Notes under the pieces: generated by a model | The model's input: the letters and a program-made list of their open reading frames with translations, nothing else | Database searches by the model: none | What the model was told of the DNA's origin: nothing | Shown here: piece after piece, positions 51,403 through 64,000 of the stretch | How the letters are laid out: the number at the start of each line of letters is the position of its first letter | Numbering within the stretch: the stretch's first letter is position 1 | DNA from: Macrostomum lignano | Taxonomy: Eukaryota | DNA length: 64,000 bases | Assembly: GCA_002269645.1 (NCBI GenBank) | Contig: NIVC01002334.1 | Coordinates: forward strand, 118,603-182,602 | Direction of reading: 5' to 3' | Made by a program: the position numbers and the translations under genes

Positions 51403-51633
51403 GGACGCAACACTCGCGTATCGTGTAATTTTCGATCCGGCCAAGTCACGATCAAGCACACACATCACCCCCACTTGCACTGTCAACTGACCAAATATAT
51501 TGAGTAGACAAGGCAAAACAGTGGCCACCATTTTCCGCGCGCAAGCGTAGACTTTACATAAATAGTCATAAATATTTGTTACTACATCGACTATTCCTTT
51601 TTTCTATAATAGCTAAAACAAAGTCGAACTCAC

Positions 51634-52026
51634 GCAAAGGTTTTCCGTAAGCCTCGAACTCGCAGATCGTCAGCTGAGGCAGGTAACTTTTCACCATGAT
51701 CTCATGTCCGTATCCGTCGCATTTCAGAGTCTTATAGGCGAATTGTGTCGAATCTTTGTACCGATTGCACACATTCTTATCGTCGATGATCACTTCGAAG
51801 TCTGTCAGTCTCTCCCTCAGCATGTCGCGGTTGTAGATTTTGACGTACATGAAGAGCATGGGATTATCAGTCTTCGCCTTCCACCAGGTGTTTTGTTTGC
51901 CCGTGTGAGCGCAGTTTAATAGATACCCTATATCTGAATCCAGTTTGCCATCATAAGCCTTGTTGCACATGTAATTTGTGTCATCCTGGTTCGAGCCCTG
52001 GCTGCAGCTGACGAATTTGAATTTTG
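51634..52026 (-). CDS. F-type lectin-like domain exon 2 of 14 (recent duplicate of 44553-44945)
   Basis: Same splice sites, 393 nt, phase 1-1. Differs from its twin at DDKN/DDQN and YGHE/YGQE. Confidence 0.88.
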
Positions 52027-54895
52027 CTGCATTGAATGGAGAGTGGTAGTTGAAATTTCAGATGTACACCGAAACACAAATATATTTACGGTATGAATAG
52101 CTGTTCGACGGACCAATCAGAAACTTTGTATGGGTGTGTATGTCTACTCGTATATGCTAAAATAGCACGTTTACTGCGAATGGATAGTCACTGCTGCTAG
52201 TAAACACTATTAACAAGTTGAGCGGTTTTTTGGCAGTTAATCTCTAGTAAAACTGCATTTTTCAGGGGGGTCTTTCTCGAAAGCAACTTACAATCGACCA
52301 TAGACGTAAGTTGGGTAAGCTACACTTACGGGTTGCTCGAAGGGCTCGCAAGTTAGCTATGCGTAAGATTGATCGCAACTTTACGAGTTCGTAACTTTGC
52401 GCAAAAGACTGTTTCTCGAAGCGTTCGTATGTCTATGGTCTTTCGTAAGGTTGATCTTGATTCTTAACCCTACGACAGCTCGGTATCAGTCGTAAGACGC
52501 ACTTAAGCACTAATCGCATAGTACGTGGTGAAGCTTTAGTCAAGCCAAGTCAAGTTAAACTTTATCGAAGGTGAGTCTTTCTCGAAAGCAACTTACGATA
52601 GACTAAAGTAAAGATATTTGCAGATTTATGACCATAGACATGCAACTTTTCGTTTCAGATACGACTTACGAACAGCGTAAGCCACGCAAAGTCTAAGTGA
52701 GTTTTGAGAAAGCGTCTTACGAGCAAACTTACGCTACACGTAAATTTCTTTCTTACGATCTAACTTACCATAGAACTTACGTGAGTTTCGAGAAACACCC
52801 CCCAGACCGAAATTTTTATGAAATGCTACCTAAGACTGGCAAGCAAGCAAAGTTCTTACGAAATTTCTGCCGCTCTAGTCTCCCTGGCTTATTTTTTCTG
52901 GAATGATTTTTGTGGAATTTTCTGGTCATTGTTAAAACCCTAATTTATCGCTATGCAGAAATGCATTATACAGAAATCCATTTAAAAGAAACGACTGTCT
53001 TTGTCGGGGGTCGGTGCTGGTTTGAGGTGGTAGGCCTCACCCACCCACTGTGTTCTAAGGGCTACCTTGTGAACCGCTGGTGCCTATTTCGCTGCGGTTG
53101 ATTAAATTCTTAATAATATATAATTTATAAAATAATAATATAATGTAACGATATATACAGATTTTTTTCGGCAGCTAATTGCTGCCGTTAAAGAATCTGT
53201 CTATGTCGTTATTGTGCTTTTTTGAATGAAACTGATTATTAACGATAGATTTTATACCTTTCGGTAGTATATTCAGCGATGCAGGATGTTATTACAACTC
53301 TGGGATACATGTATTGTTATGTCTTCAGGTTACTTAAAGTCTTCAATATACTTAAGGCATTAATTATTAGTGCTGATATCCTAGCAGACGTTTCCGCGGC
53401 TCCAAGGTTCTTAGTCTTGCTCTTATTTCTCTTTATTCCACATTCTCACAGCGGGATTTTAACCCAAGCCTGTTTTGCAGCTTCATTTAGTCCATAGATA
53501 AAACAAAACGCGTCAAACTGCATATGCAATTAAAATAATATCAATATTATAGTCGCGTCATATCATCCCTCTTTCCTTCAAGATGATTGGTACCTGTCCA
53601 ATGCTCTCCGGATCCGCACTGGGTACCTGGACTCCGAAGGTTGAATTGAACTTGGTTCTTCATCGTCCTGGATAGGCTTGTGGGTTTCAGCCTCGGCTCT
53701 GTCTCTGACATGGTTCCGGTGCACCACCAGATCTCGTCCTCTATGGTCCTGTACTCGTCTCAGCTGTTCTCCAACCGCTTCTTGAAGTACTCCCTCCCTC
53801 CACTCCTTGTTGAAGGGATCTTGGACCCAAACAGGACTGTGAATTTGATCTGTTTTCTTGTGCTGGAACGACCGACGATGTAGCAGTGACAGTCTAGTAT
53901 TAAACTGGCGCCCAAACATTTCTCGACACGGAGCGACACCGTTGGCTCTTGGGCAGACTCGAATGGCGTACAAAGTTTGTTGCATTCGAACTTCCGGGTC
54001 TGGATCGTTTAGCTGTTTTAGCTTGGTCTTCAGCCTTTTCACTGCTACCTCGACTACTCCATTCGAAGCGGGAAGGTATCTGGGTGACTTGAGGTGTAGC
54101 ACTCCCATTCGCTTCAACCAGGCTTCTGTTGAAGCTTGGAAACAGAAGCATTCAGTGTGATGTCATTCTCTTGCAGCCTTTCTTACAGAGGGGGGTTGTG
54201 AGGGTTTGACTCTGACTATATATGAAAGTGTGTTTGGCAATCAGATCTCACTTCTGTTTTTCCGTCCCCGGTTTTGATTTTTGTCCCGGCTTTCCGGCCG
54301 CTTGCCATTGTTTTGGTTCGCGCTTTGAGGCGCTTGAGTTCATCACCCCCGGTCCATATTTTTGTCCCCTGCCCGACTGCTTCAGTCTTGTAGCGTAACG
54401 TATGCGGCAGATTCCTGTCTGAAGTCGTCGCTATCAAGCGCGGTTAGATAGAGACTGTCGGATTTGACCAAGTACGTGGCCTCGACCCAGAGGGCCTCGA
54501 TCAGTGTCACACTGAAGGGCAGTGCTGATAGAATTTAGTCAGTGCTCCGTTGAACGGTCAATTCGGCAGGGCTCTCGTTTGAGTGTAGGTTCTGGTTTAG
54601 GCCAGGGGTTAGGAGTCTTCTCCGTTGGTCGTGTTCGGTTTTTCTTCTTCAAGCTGAGATCTGCTTGCCATTGCGTAACTAAGTTATTATTAATCGTTTG
54701 TCTCGATATCATTTTCCGCTATTATCAGTTCGAAATTATCTGCGCCGCGAATTGCATTGAAGCTTGTAACTTGAAGTAATCAAATTAAATCGTCTAGCCA
54801 ATTATCAGTCTGTATCATATAGGATTATCACTCTCTAAATCTATTCGGTTCGTGTTCATCTGCATTCTTCCTTTTCTTGTACCGTACTGTGACTA

Positions 54896-55895
54896 CACTC
54901 GCGTATCGTGTAATTTTTATTGGAGGCCTGGTCTTCACATACATGTAATTCTCGACTAGTTGCACGTAGAAAGCTAATTCTTTCGGCGTTAGGTCCAGAA
55001 TTTTGTTTTTCGTTAAAATGTCAGTTATAAAATAGTAGACTACATTTATAAGCAGCGTACAGTTAAGTACAGTGAAAACAACCCAATTTCGTGCAATTTT
55101 GTGTAAAATACGCCAAATTTTCTTTAGAAATTTGTCAGTCTGTCACAATTCCTAGTCAATACTCAATAGCGAAAACGAGTTTTTAGTTAATTGTAAACTA
55201 ATAATCTCATTAAGCAAGTGTAAAATAAAACAGTTTATGTATTATAGAAAATATCTCTGTCAAATGCCAAATCACTGTCGGCTTCTATTTTAATGTCAAT
55301 TTCTAGAGTGTAAAATTTGAGAAACCCAAAAAGGCAAAAAAGTGACTTGAGAAAAATTGGCACTATTTTCTTGACTTATATTAGAATATAATAGGAGAAC
55401 ACACCCAGTCAACTATAAACAAGCCAAGCTTTCATGATGGAAGTTTCCTAGACCATTTTTTCATATCAAATATGATGTTCTATATGTTATTTTTCAGAAA
55501 TTAAAATTTAATTTTAGATGCAATGGTATTTGCAACCTAGAGCTATAATAACTATAAAAAAATTGCTTTGTAAACATGGTCTCTTGTTGACAATTGTGAT
55601 ATAAAGAAACCATGTTTGTCAGCAAAAAAGAAAACAAGAAAACCAGTAGCTATTTCACAAATCCAAATTAAAAAATGCATATTGTTATTGGCCATTAAGG
55701 GAACGTGATATAATTATTTTAATTAATAGGTGAAGTCAGCTTATCAAGTTTAGTAAGAAATGAAAACCTGAATGGTTTATTACAACACACACAGTCCTGT
55801 GCTCTAGCTATTTGTAGCGGTCGAATCCTTGGCTTATGTACGTAGAACTTTATACGGCTTACGGGCCTCCAAAAAATTTCCACGAAAGCTGAGTG
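54896..55895 (-). mobile_element. Inverted, further deleted copy of the 49026-51402 P-type element
   Basis: 54896-~55270 is the reverse complement of ~51040-51401, and ~55270-55895 is the reverse complement of ~49026-49625. It is followed by the reverse complement of the 48583-48620 flank. Confidence 0.85.
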
Positions 55896-57679
55896 TCGCG
55901 TCCTATATATAACGTAACTTCAGTTGTCCTTGTTGTAACAGAGAAAAAAACTACTGCTTAGTAGTTTTTGTTGTTTTGTGTCGTTGTCATGTTTTGATTT
56001 TTTTATAGCCAAATTCCTTTGTTAATTTTCCAGCAACAATCTAAAACAGCCAGCAAACAATTGAAATGTTTCCGACAGGCTTACAGCCGAAAATCGTAGA
56101 CAAAATGGTACAATTATTCTTATTATTGCTGAACACCGCTAACTCAGACAAATGTAGCTCTGACGGATGTGCTTCGCACCGTAAATGCGCTACGTGAGAA
56201 ACTACTAGTACTTGAATTTCAGCGCAAGTGAACAAAGCAGAACTTCTTTAGCGTCTGATAGCGTATTTTAAAAGAGTCGCTCCTGGTATTGGACTCGATT
56301 TGTAGCTTGTCAGCCATGTCTCAGCTTCCCGAGGTAGCAAGTCGACAGGATATTGACAGAAAACTGGCAAATCACTCTGATTGCAGAAATAAAAGCTGGA
56401 GACGACAGAATCAGAAGCTACCATCAAAAAGGAAAGAACACCCAACTGATCCTCAGCCTTTGCGGCGACATCAGGTAGCAGGCAAACCTGTGCTCAGATA
56501 ATGCGGATGCTGTGCTGCAAGAGCCCACTGTAGAGGTCGGCAAAGTGCAACGAATCTGCGGATTGCATCAAATAGCCGAAGCAGCAATTCGCAGGAGTTA
56601 CCCAGTCAGGTGACATTAAGCAGAGTTGAAAATGAATGAGGTTGCTGTTGATTCGCTAGCGTGTGGAGACTGGATCTATGCGATTGTTATGTTTCTTCTG
56701 AAGTTGCTAGATGACGAAAGTCTAATAAGGAGTGGTCCAGATGTCCTGTTAGATGTCTCGGAGCTGCCTTACCACCTGCGCTACACAGTGCGGTGCGCAT
56801 TGGCGAGCTGTTTGACCTCCGGTTCGACAGAGCTCGTGTCAAGAGGTTTGATCATGAGCGCAGATCTGATCGAAGACGGGTTGCCACGCACTTGATGGCG
56901 CAGATGCAACGGCCGGTCTCTCCAAAGTGCTGACGCAGAGGGATAAAAGTGCAGAGGCTAGCCGGTCACTGCTTTGACTAAGTGCGGAATCTGTTTTAAA
57001 TTCCCCATTCTTATTTAAAAATTTGCGGCTGTATTTAGGCATACCGGTAGATGCTTTGGAGCTCGTTGACTTCACGCCTGCGAGAAAGAAGTTCATTCTG
57101 GATGACTTTGCTGAAGGTTTTCGCATAACGTTCAGTCGGCTTTGCTGAGGGCAGTTGAGGTCAGCAGCTACCAGCCGGCTTAAATGAACTATGACGTGGT
57201 TGAGTTGCATATTTTAAAAGAAATTTAACTGGATTGCGGCCGGACGCACGGAAGGACGGAGTGACGGAGTGACGGACGGTTGGCGGCCGCGGATGATCTG
57301 CGCTCGTGGAGACTTGCCACGAACGAGGACGGTCGTGTGCGCCCGATCCATGACTGTAGTTGCATTTAATCGATTGCGCATGGGTGAATTCAAGATTGGA
57401 GAGCAAGGAGAATCTGCGGTTCTCGTGTGTCGAAAAATGTCGTGTCGTACGTGTGTCGTGTGTCGAAAGCTGACAAAAGGCTGCTTCGAGACCAAGGTTG
57501 ACCTGAGCTAAGCATACGGCTCTTGTGGCGTGCATCCTGATTACTTTGTCAACACTGGCTGAAGTTCAAGTTTTGTGGTTCATTTAACGTGATAATTAAA
57601 TTCCCTATGGTGCGGCGGCTTCAGTCACTTGCTTTTATAATGCTGACTCATCTAATTTTGGCACGGATGTCATCTCTAG

Positions 57680-57975
57680 GCATTGAGTTCGACATTGTGC
57701 AAGGAATCAAAGAGCTGCCCGGGGACAAAGCGAGGAAGCTAATTCAGCTGATTTTGGAGAAGCCGGTCAAGGTCAGTTTGAGTCAGTGGGTGCTCAAGCA
57801 GCTCATTGGTAAGCTTGAATGGGCGTTGCAAGTCATCACCTGCTGCAAAACCTTTCCTCATGAAGTAATTGAGCGATACGACACCTTACACAATCGAATC
57901 TCAACAAAGCTCCCCGTGAGTTTTGAAATCTCAGCAGCTCTCACCGTGAGTCATAACAATTCCGCGTCAGAATGA
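57680..57975 (+). mobile_element. DIRS/Ngaro-type retrotransposon RT fragment (degenerate; remnant may extend from ~56250)
   Basis: LGIEFDIVQGIKELPGDKARKL...LKQLIGKLEWALQVI...F matches the GIEIDT..LP.DK...LQSLIGKL.FA pattern of DIRS/Ngaro RT. Confidence 0.6.
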
Positions 57976-58543
57976 AATGTTTGTGACGGAATTGTACTCG
58001 TATGCCAGCTGGTTCTACATTGAAATTTAGCGCAATTAGCGGCTAGTTTTGAAATGCGCTAACTAATTAATATATTTATTATAAACTGCCGTTTCACACG
58101 GATTTATGTGTTTTTGCACATTTTTGACTCACAAGTTTTAAATAAATAAGCTAATAATGCTATTGCTAATAATTTGTTTTTATTAGCAATCCATTGTCAC
58201 AGACATCAGTGTCAAACTGAGACTTGACAAGGCAAGTGCAAGTTGATAAATGAAATTAAAGTAATTAACAACTTTTTGGCAATGAACTAGAAGAAGTAAA
58301 AAAACCTTAAAAGTAGTGACAAAAAACAGGATTAATTGCTGATTACGAAAAGCGAAAAATGATATTAAAATTTCGTTTCACATTTCTAAGAAAATCTGAA
58401 ACATTTACGTAATCGTTAACCTATTACTCAAACTAGGTTCTCATTTTCAGCCTTTGAACACAACTTTGTTATTTACCATATTTATATTTACTATTTGCAT
58501 GACTTCACCTCTTTAACAAAAAGTGAAACAAAGACGGACTCAC

Positions 58544-58939
58544 GTATCGGTTTTCCGAAAGCCTCGACCTCGCAGATCGTCAGCTGAGGCAGGCGACTTT
58601 TCACCATGATCTCCTGTCCGTATCCGACGCATGGCAGAGTCTTGTAGGCGAATTGCTCCGAATTCTTGTACCGATTGCACACCTTATTCTCATCGATGAT
58701 AATCACTTCGAAGTCGGTCAGTCTCTCCCTCAGAGTCGCGCGGTTGAAGATGCGGACGCGCTGAAACCGGACGAAATGCTCGGATTTCGCCTTCCACCAG
58801 GTGTTTTCGTTGCCCGTGTGAGCGCAGTTTAATAGACCCCCTGTATCTGTATCCAGTTTGCCATTATAAGCCTTGTTGCACAAGTGATTTGTGCCATCCC
58901 AGTTCGAGCCCTGGCTGCAGCTGACGAACTTGAGTTTTT
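58544..58939 (-). CDS. F-type lectin-like domain exon 1 of 14
   Basis: ATGCAG|AA AAA acceptor, ATA C|GTGAGT donor, 396 nt, phase 1-1. NCAHTGNENTWW...IFNRATLRERL. Confidence 0.9.
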
Positions 58940-59624
58940 CTGCATGGGTTGAGAGTGGCAGTTGAAATTTCAGATATTTTTTCTAGCGGCCGTTTTTTTC
59001 AGAAAAAAATTTCAGCAAATAATTTGACTCTTCCAGTTTGTTAGTTAAGATTCCCCAATATCGCAGCTTCTTAATAACTTTTTAATTCCAGGTGAAGCAA
59101 GTATGTCTTTTGTAAGTGCGTTCTTACGTTCGGTAAATTGTTTTTTTTCATGAAATACTACCTGATACCGGTGAGGATGCTAAGTTTTGGCAAAATTTCT
59201 GCTGCTTTTGCCTGTTTTGTGTACGCTCGCATTTCCAAGAAGAACTATTGTGGATTTCTCCGGTGACGGGAAGTCTTTGAGTGATTTTTAAGACTATTTG
59301 GTTCACCCGTAGAAGCCATCCTGCGCCTGTCACTCTGATTACAGTAGCGAACGGGATCACTCCTATAGCTTGAGGTAGCAATCTCGGACATGGTACTTCA
59401 ATACGCGTAGAATTCAAAAGTCAAGAATGTGATTTATTGTAAAGTTAGTGCTAAAGCATTAAAAACTGCCTAAGCCAGTTATGCATTTGCACCAAAAACC
59501 GGCCTCTAGTAGGCCTGGCACGATTTGCAACTTTGGCGTCCACCGTTTACTGTAGTTTTTTATGATGAGACTATGCATAGGAGTAAGCGAGCAGAAATCA
59601 ACAAATAGTAGGATGATATGATCT

Positions 59625-59825
59625 AAACCGCAACAACAACAAAAGCAACAACAACAACGACAACAACGGCAACAATAACAGCAGTAACAGCAACAGCAGC
59701 AACAACAACAATAACAGCAACGGCAGCAACAGCGACAACAGCAACAACAACAACAACAACAACAGCAACAATAACAACAATATCGGCAACGGCTACAACA
59801 ACGACAACAACGGCAACTACAACTT
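59625..59825. repeat. (CAA/CAG)n trinucleotide tract
   Basis: Degenerate CAA/CAG/CGA repeats. These explain the poly-C and poly-L pseudo-ORFs. Confidence 0.9.
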
Positions 59826-59899
59826 CCCGCAGCTTTTCCCGCAGCGAGGTTTCTCCGCTGAAGGTTTTCCCGCCGAGCTTTTCTCGCGGCCGCCGCCTG

Positions 59900-60925
59900 G
59901 ATGTCCAGGTTGCCGAACTCCAAGTTTCAAGAAATCAATCGTGCCCAAAGAGAAGCACTCCGTCTCATCTCTGCTCTCCCAAAGTTGGAGGTGGTTTATC
60001 GCGAGTCTCTATGTATACCAGCAGTCAGCGTCGAAGCCAAGCGGAAAGCCCTCATCGCGGTGGAGAAGGCCCTTAGAAAGCCAACTGGCGACCCATGGAG
60101 AGAGCTCTGCTAGCGCTGATCGGTACCGCAGCTCAAAGCCAACAAGGGCCCCCGAGAGCAAGCCCGCTCCGTGCTCAACCAACTCCTACCGATGCGACGC
60201 CTACAAAATGCCTAGGTCCGTCCCTCTCCGTGGGAGTTCCTGACTAACTCAGATTGCTTGCACCTCTTCCCGGAGCTTCTCCGATGCTACCTGAAAGAAG
60301 CGGCTGCGAGTGACCTGCTACTTCGCTACTTTAATGACATCGAGCAAGTTGTGGTTTTCTCTGGTATGACGGCAGCAGAAAGGTGGTGCAGCTCATTTGA
60401 GACTGAGCTCCGGGCTCTCAGCCTTGCTCTCGAGGACATCATCAACACGTGCCCACCCACCGCTGCCACTATCACTGACAGTCAGTCTGCTATTCGAGCA
60501 CTCCAGGCTGACCGACCCACGACCAAATTTCTCCTCGAGCAACTCAGGGACCTCGTTCGGCTCGTGGATAGGGAAGCCAAGAAAGACGCCGACCTGCCGC
60601 AACAACACGTTGCCGTTGACTGCCAGGAGATTTCTCCAGCGCTCCATAGCCTACAGGCCGCACCTCAAGGACGTCTATGCCAGTCCGATCACCTTCACCG
60701 GCGACACACGCCACCAGCAGGTTCTTATCGCCCCCCTATGCCTACTACAAGAAGCGCATCGGCCTTTCGGACTCTGAAATCTGCCGTCGCTGCGGAGGCG
60801 AGGTTCTATCTGGTAGTGCTGGTGGTGCGACTCCTCGGTGCCCTTAACTGGGTCTCAGCCTAAGGAGTCGCCATCCGAAGTCAACAACGGCAACCACAAC
60901 AACATTGACAACAACAACAACAATA
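59900..60925 (+). mobile_element. Degenerate LINE 3' part (RT C-terminus, RNase H, (CAA)n tail)
   Basis: QREALRLIS...EKALRKP (post-RT region) and FETELRALSLAL...TITDSQSAIRALQ (RNase H). CAA-rich tail at ~60885-60922. Confidence 0.68.
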
Positions 60926-61240
60926 AAGCCACGAGCGGCGCCACAGAGGGGAAGGTATCAGAGCGCAAGCCTTTGGGCCGCACTACTTAAAATTTCAGCT
61001 CCCAAGTCAGAGTCAGAACGGGGGCTTTTGCATTTCTGCGCGTCGTTCGCCCTTGGCTTCTCATTCAACCGACTAAAGACTTTTAAAGTCAAATTCAAGT
61101 AAAGGAAGCTTTACTTTTTTACTTATCGATATTTCTATTTCAGCTTAGCTTTACAACCTTTACTAATAAAAGAAAAGAGAGCATTGTGACTGACGTACTC
61201 TTGAAACGTAGCTGAGGTAATTCTATATTAAGATACTCAC

Positions 61241-61313
61241 CAGCATAAGTTCGTTCATTACCGTAGACCGCAAGGGCCACAGCAACGAGAAGCGACCCAA
61301 GCAATTTCGTCAT
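61241..61313 (-). CDS. First coding exon (signal peptide) of the tandem F-type lectin gene
   Basis: ATG at 61313 gives MTKLLGSLLVAVALAVYGNERTYA, then G|GTGAGT. This is a basic N-terminus, hydrophobic core and phase-1 donor matching all downstream cassettes. Too short to appear in the ORF track. Confidence 0.78.
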
Positions 61314-62579
61314 TCGATTTACTAATTTAGAATAAGGAGTGGCTTCGAGATTTCTTCTTCTGAGTCAAAAAGCTTTTCCTAAAGATTTTGAAAAAACAAA
61401 GTTTCTAGAATTTTTTTTTAACTTTTTAGAAACGGAATTTTTATAGATACAGAGAAATTTAAGCAAGCATTTTGATCGAATATTTTCTAGTCAAATCGCT
61501 TAATAAAGTGACTTCTTGCTTCTTTCTTTCATTTTTTACTTCTCTTGAAATTCCTTTAAAAATTGCTGCGCAAATAATGATCCCGAATGCTCTCGATGCA
61601 AGGCTTTTCTTAGGCTGCTTCAATGAAAATATGTTGCAGAAGTTATTTTTCAATAATTTTGCTTAGCGTCCTCATCAGCGACTTTCGTTTAATGGCAAGG
61701 TATTGTCAAGACTTTCCACATATCTTTTTCTGACGGTTGCATCACAGTTTTTTCTTGATTTTTTTTCTGCTAGTGATTAAAAATGTTTGTAGAGGACGCG
61801 AACATTGGCCGACGATAATTGACAATTGAGAAATTTTTCTGCTTGATCATCTTAGTCATGCACTTACGTCTGTCCGACGTTACCGACCTCTATTGACGTC
61901 GATGACTAAAGTGTACTTTTACGTTACATCGACGGATAACGACGTTAGTCGTCGTCTTAACATCGGTGTAATGTAAAAGTACATATTTGTCATCGACGTT
62001 GGATTGCTGCACGGACGACAAGCAGATCATTGCAGAAAGATTCAAATGTCGATATTTTAGCGTGGCTTCTACGAATAATAATTCCCACCTCGAAAGCTTC
62101 TTTTAAAAATTGAAACGACAGATTCGGTCGAGTTTTTTAATTTCTAAGTTTTTAGAAGTTGGAAATGTAAACTCTTTTACTGGTACTATTAAGATTACTT
62201 TCAGACCGGTTGACCATGTCTAATGTAGTAAGCGACTGGATTATCTTTTAGGTGTCTACTCTAGTCAGCAGCCTCTCATGCCCTCGTTCTTGCCATGTCG
62301 CCTGCCGCTGGGCCTTTTCTGCCTGTCTGCCCGTCTGCCCTGCGTGGTGCTTGTATGCAGCCCCTGCCCGCCTCCCTTGCACTGCGCTGTCTGCCTCCTA
62401 CCTGCCTCACGGGCTCTTTGTTCTCTGCTTGCAGCCACTTTTGGTTCACCCTGTCTATCCGTCGCTGGCGGTTTTACTAGCGACTCATCCCTTGTCAACA
62501 ATTGACAAGTTGCTGTCAAAAAGCGCGCGCAAGCGCAGATTTGCGTAGAGCAGCGAGACCGCGAGTGTCAGAAATCTCA

Positions 62580-63080
62580 GCTTCTCTTAGAAGCAGGTCG
62601 AAAAAACGCTGACTTCTCGCTGAACCAAGCCGCCGCGGCACTTAAAGGGATAGCAGCAGTACATCCTGCAGCGGCTCAGAGCATGCAGTACTGCTCTGCT
62701 CGGATGACGTGGCCAACAAGCTGTAGGCGCCGGATGCGCAGCAGCTGGCTGCATGGGTCGGCAGAGCTGGGCCCGACGGAATAGCTCGTCATTGCTGGTG
62801 TTGGTGGTGGCGGTCGGCAATTAGTGGACACCGAAAGTGGCTCGCAGAAGTGCAGCCTGAGCGGCGTTGAGTTGCCGCGCTCCTGCGGGCCGGTCAGTGT
62901 CCACAATTCAGCATTGAAAAGAAGGACGCGGTTTCTATGACTGCCTGGAAAAGCCGCCCTCTCAGCCGATACGGCAGCCTGGGGCACTGCAGGACAGTCC
63001 GCACGGTGTGGAAGGCGCCCTAGGCAAGCGCCCTGCGCTGTGTCATGTCGTCTGTGATGCTTGGCCCTTGACAATTTGAT
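62580..63080 (-). mobile_element. RTE-clade LINE 3' fragment
   Basis: VLLFNAELWTLT and SQLLRIRRLQLVGHVIRAEQYC are typical RTE RT C-terminal motifs. Confidence 0.68.
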
Positions 63081-64000
63081 CTAGTCTGCAGTGCTGTAAA
63101 CATGTTGGCCCGTCGTGTTTATGGCAGAGCTCGCGTGCTTCTGCGCCTTTGCCTTTTTATGACAAGTAATTGACGTCAGTTGCTAGAAATAGGGACAATA
63201 GTCTATAAATACGGATCCCATTAGCATTGTTACTAGAGTCTGCTTTTAGGCTAACACCGTCCTCCCAACCACCCCCGCTGAGCCCGGCAGAATCTGCTGA
63301 CTAGGTCGTTGGGGTCACAAATCGTCACAGCGTGCAGAGTTCGCTCGTCTTGTTTATTTCTTCGTTCCAACGGGTCCCTCACTTCACCGAAGACTGAGGC
63401 CTGAAGGAGCTGGTGGCAGCACAACTATCGTACGCTACTATCGAAGGCTTTAGATTAAAGCCAACTCACCCAGCGGATGCAAGTTAGCTAGCGGACGACC
63501 AGAGGAACAACACTAAAGGTCCTCATAAAAGGACAATCACAGAGAGACAACCTGTGGAAAAATTTGGCTAACCATTTCCCAGTTCACTCATTTTATCTCC
63601 TAATCAATCGGCCTTCGGTTCTGGTGGCACGCGTGTATACTCAGCAACATCGAAAAGTTGCCATCAAAGAAGATTCTGCCTGTGGTCGTCACTTTTCAGA
63701 GTGCAGGGAAAGTCTCTCAATCTTTTATGGTCTTGCCGTTGATACTAATGCGCTAGGAAAGAGAAGAGATTTATGGAACGAATAAAATATTTTTTTAATT
63801 CACTTAATTAGTAAGGCTTGACTTGTTTTTTTCCCAACAAAGTGGTAGGGGAATTGCTGTAGCTAAAATTCACACCATGATGACCACGTACTCTCAAGGC
63901 AACAGAGAGTGCACCTTGTGTGATCCTTGTACTACATGTATATATGTAAATGTACTCATGTGCTTGCTATTGTATTTGGGTGCGGATGCTTGCTATCTTG

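Noticed and set aside
59148-59417. Possible extra exon between the leader and the first lectin exon
   Set aside because: No clear acceptor and phase-1 donor pair, and no similarity to the lectin repeats.
59459-59923. Cys-rich and Leu-rich ORFs (metallothionein-like or TM-like)
   Set aside because: They are translations of the (CAA/CAG)n tract.

Overview
This is intron-containing, transposon-rich animal genomic DNA (probably an invertebrate; species cannot be determined from the sequence). It has no prokaryotic operons and no CRISPR. Two host genes, invisible as whole units in the ORF track, lie tail-to-tail. (1) Plus strand, 2434-9408: an ankyrin-repeat exon splices in frame (phase 2, GT 3318 to AG 6858) across a 3.5 kb intron containing a Crypton-like fragment and a mariner. 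It joins a cGAS-like/Mab-21 nucleotidyltransferase (cGLR) exon with an apparently intact catalytic triad. A final exon probably adds two C-terminal transmembrane helices. (2) Minus strand, 61313 to 10137 (~51 kb): one signal-peptide exon is followed by 14 paralogous exons of 369-405 nt, each encoding one divergent F-type (fucolectin-like) lectin domain. Twelve internal exons are phase 1-1 cassettes with canonical AG/GT. A thirteenth (43185-43576) is one base short, and the last exon carries the stop. The lectin introns hold an intact BEL/Pao LTR retrotransposon with apparently identical LTRs, two THAP/P-type transposons, Gypsy, LINE and DIRS/Ngaro remnants, MITEs and minisatellites. One lectin exon was recently duplicated inside a block bounded by P-element ends. 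All splice models were read manually from the sequence and are unverified by transcripts.
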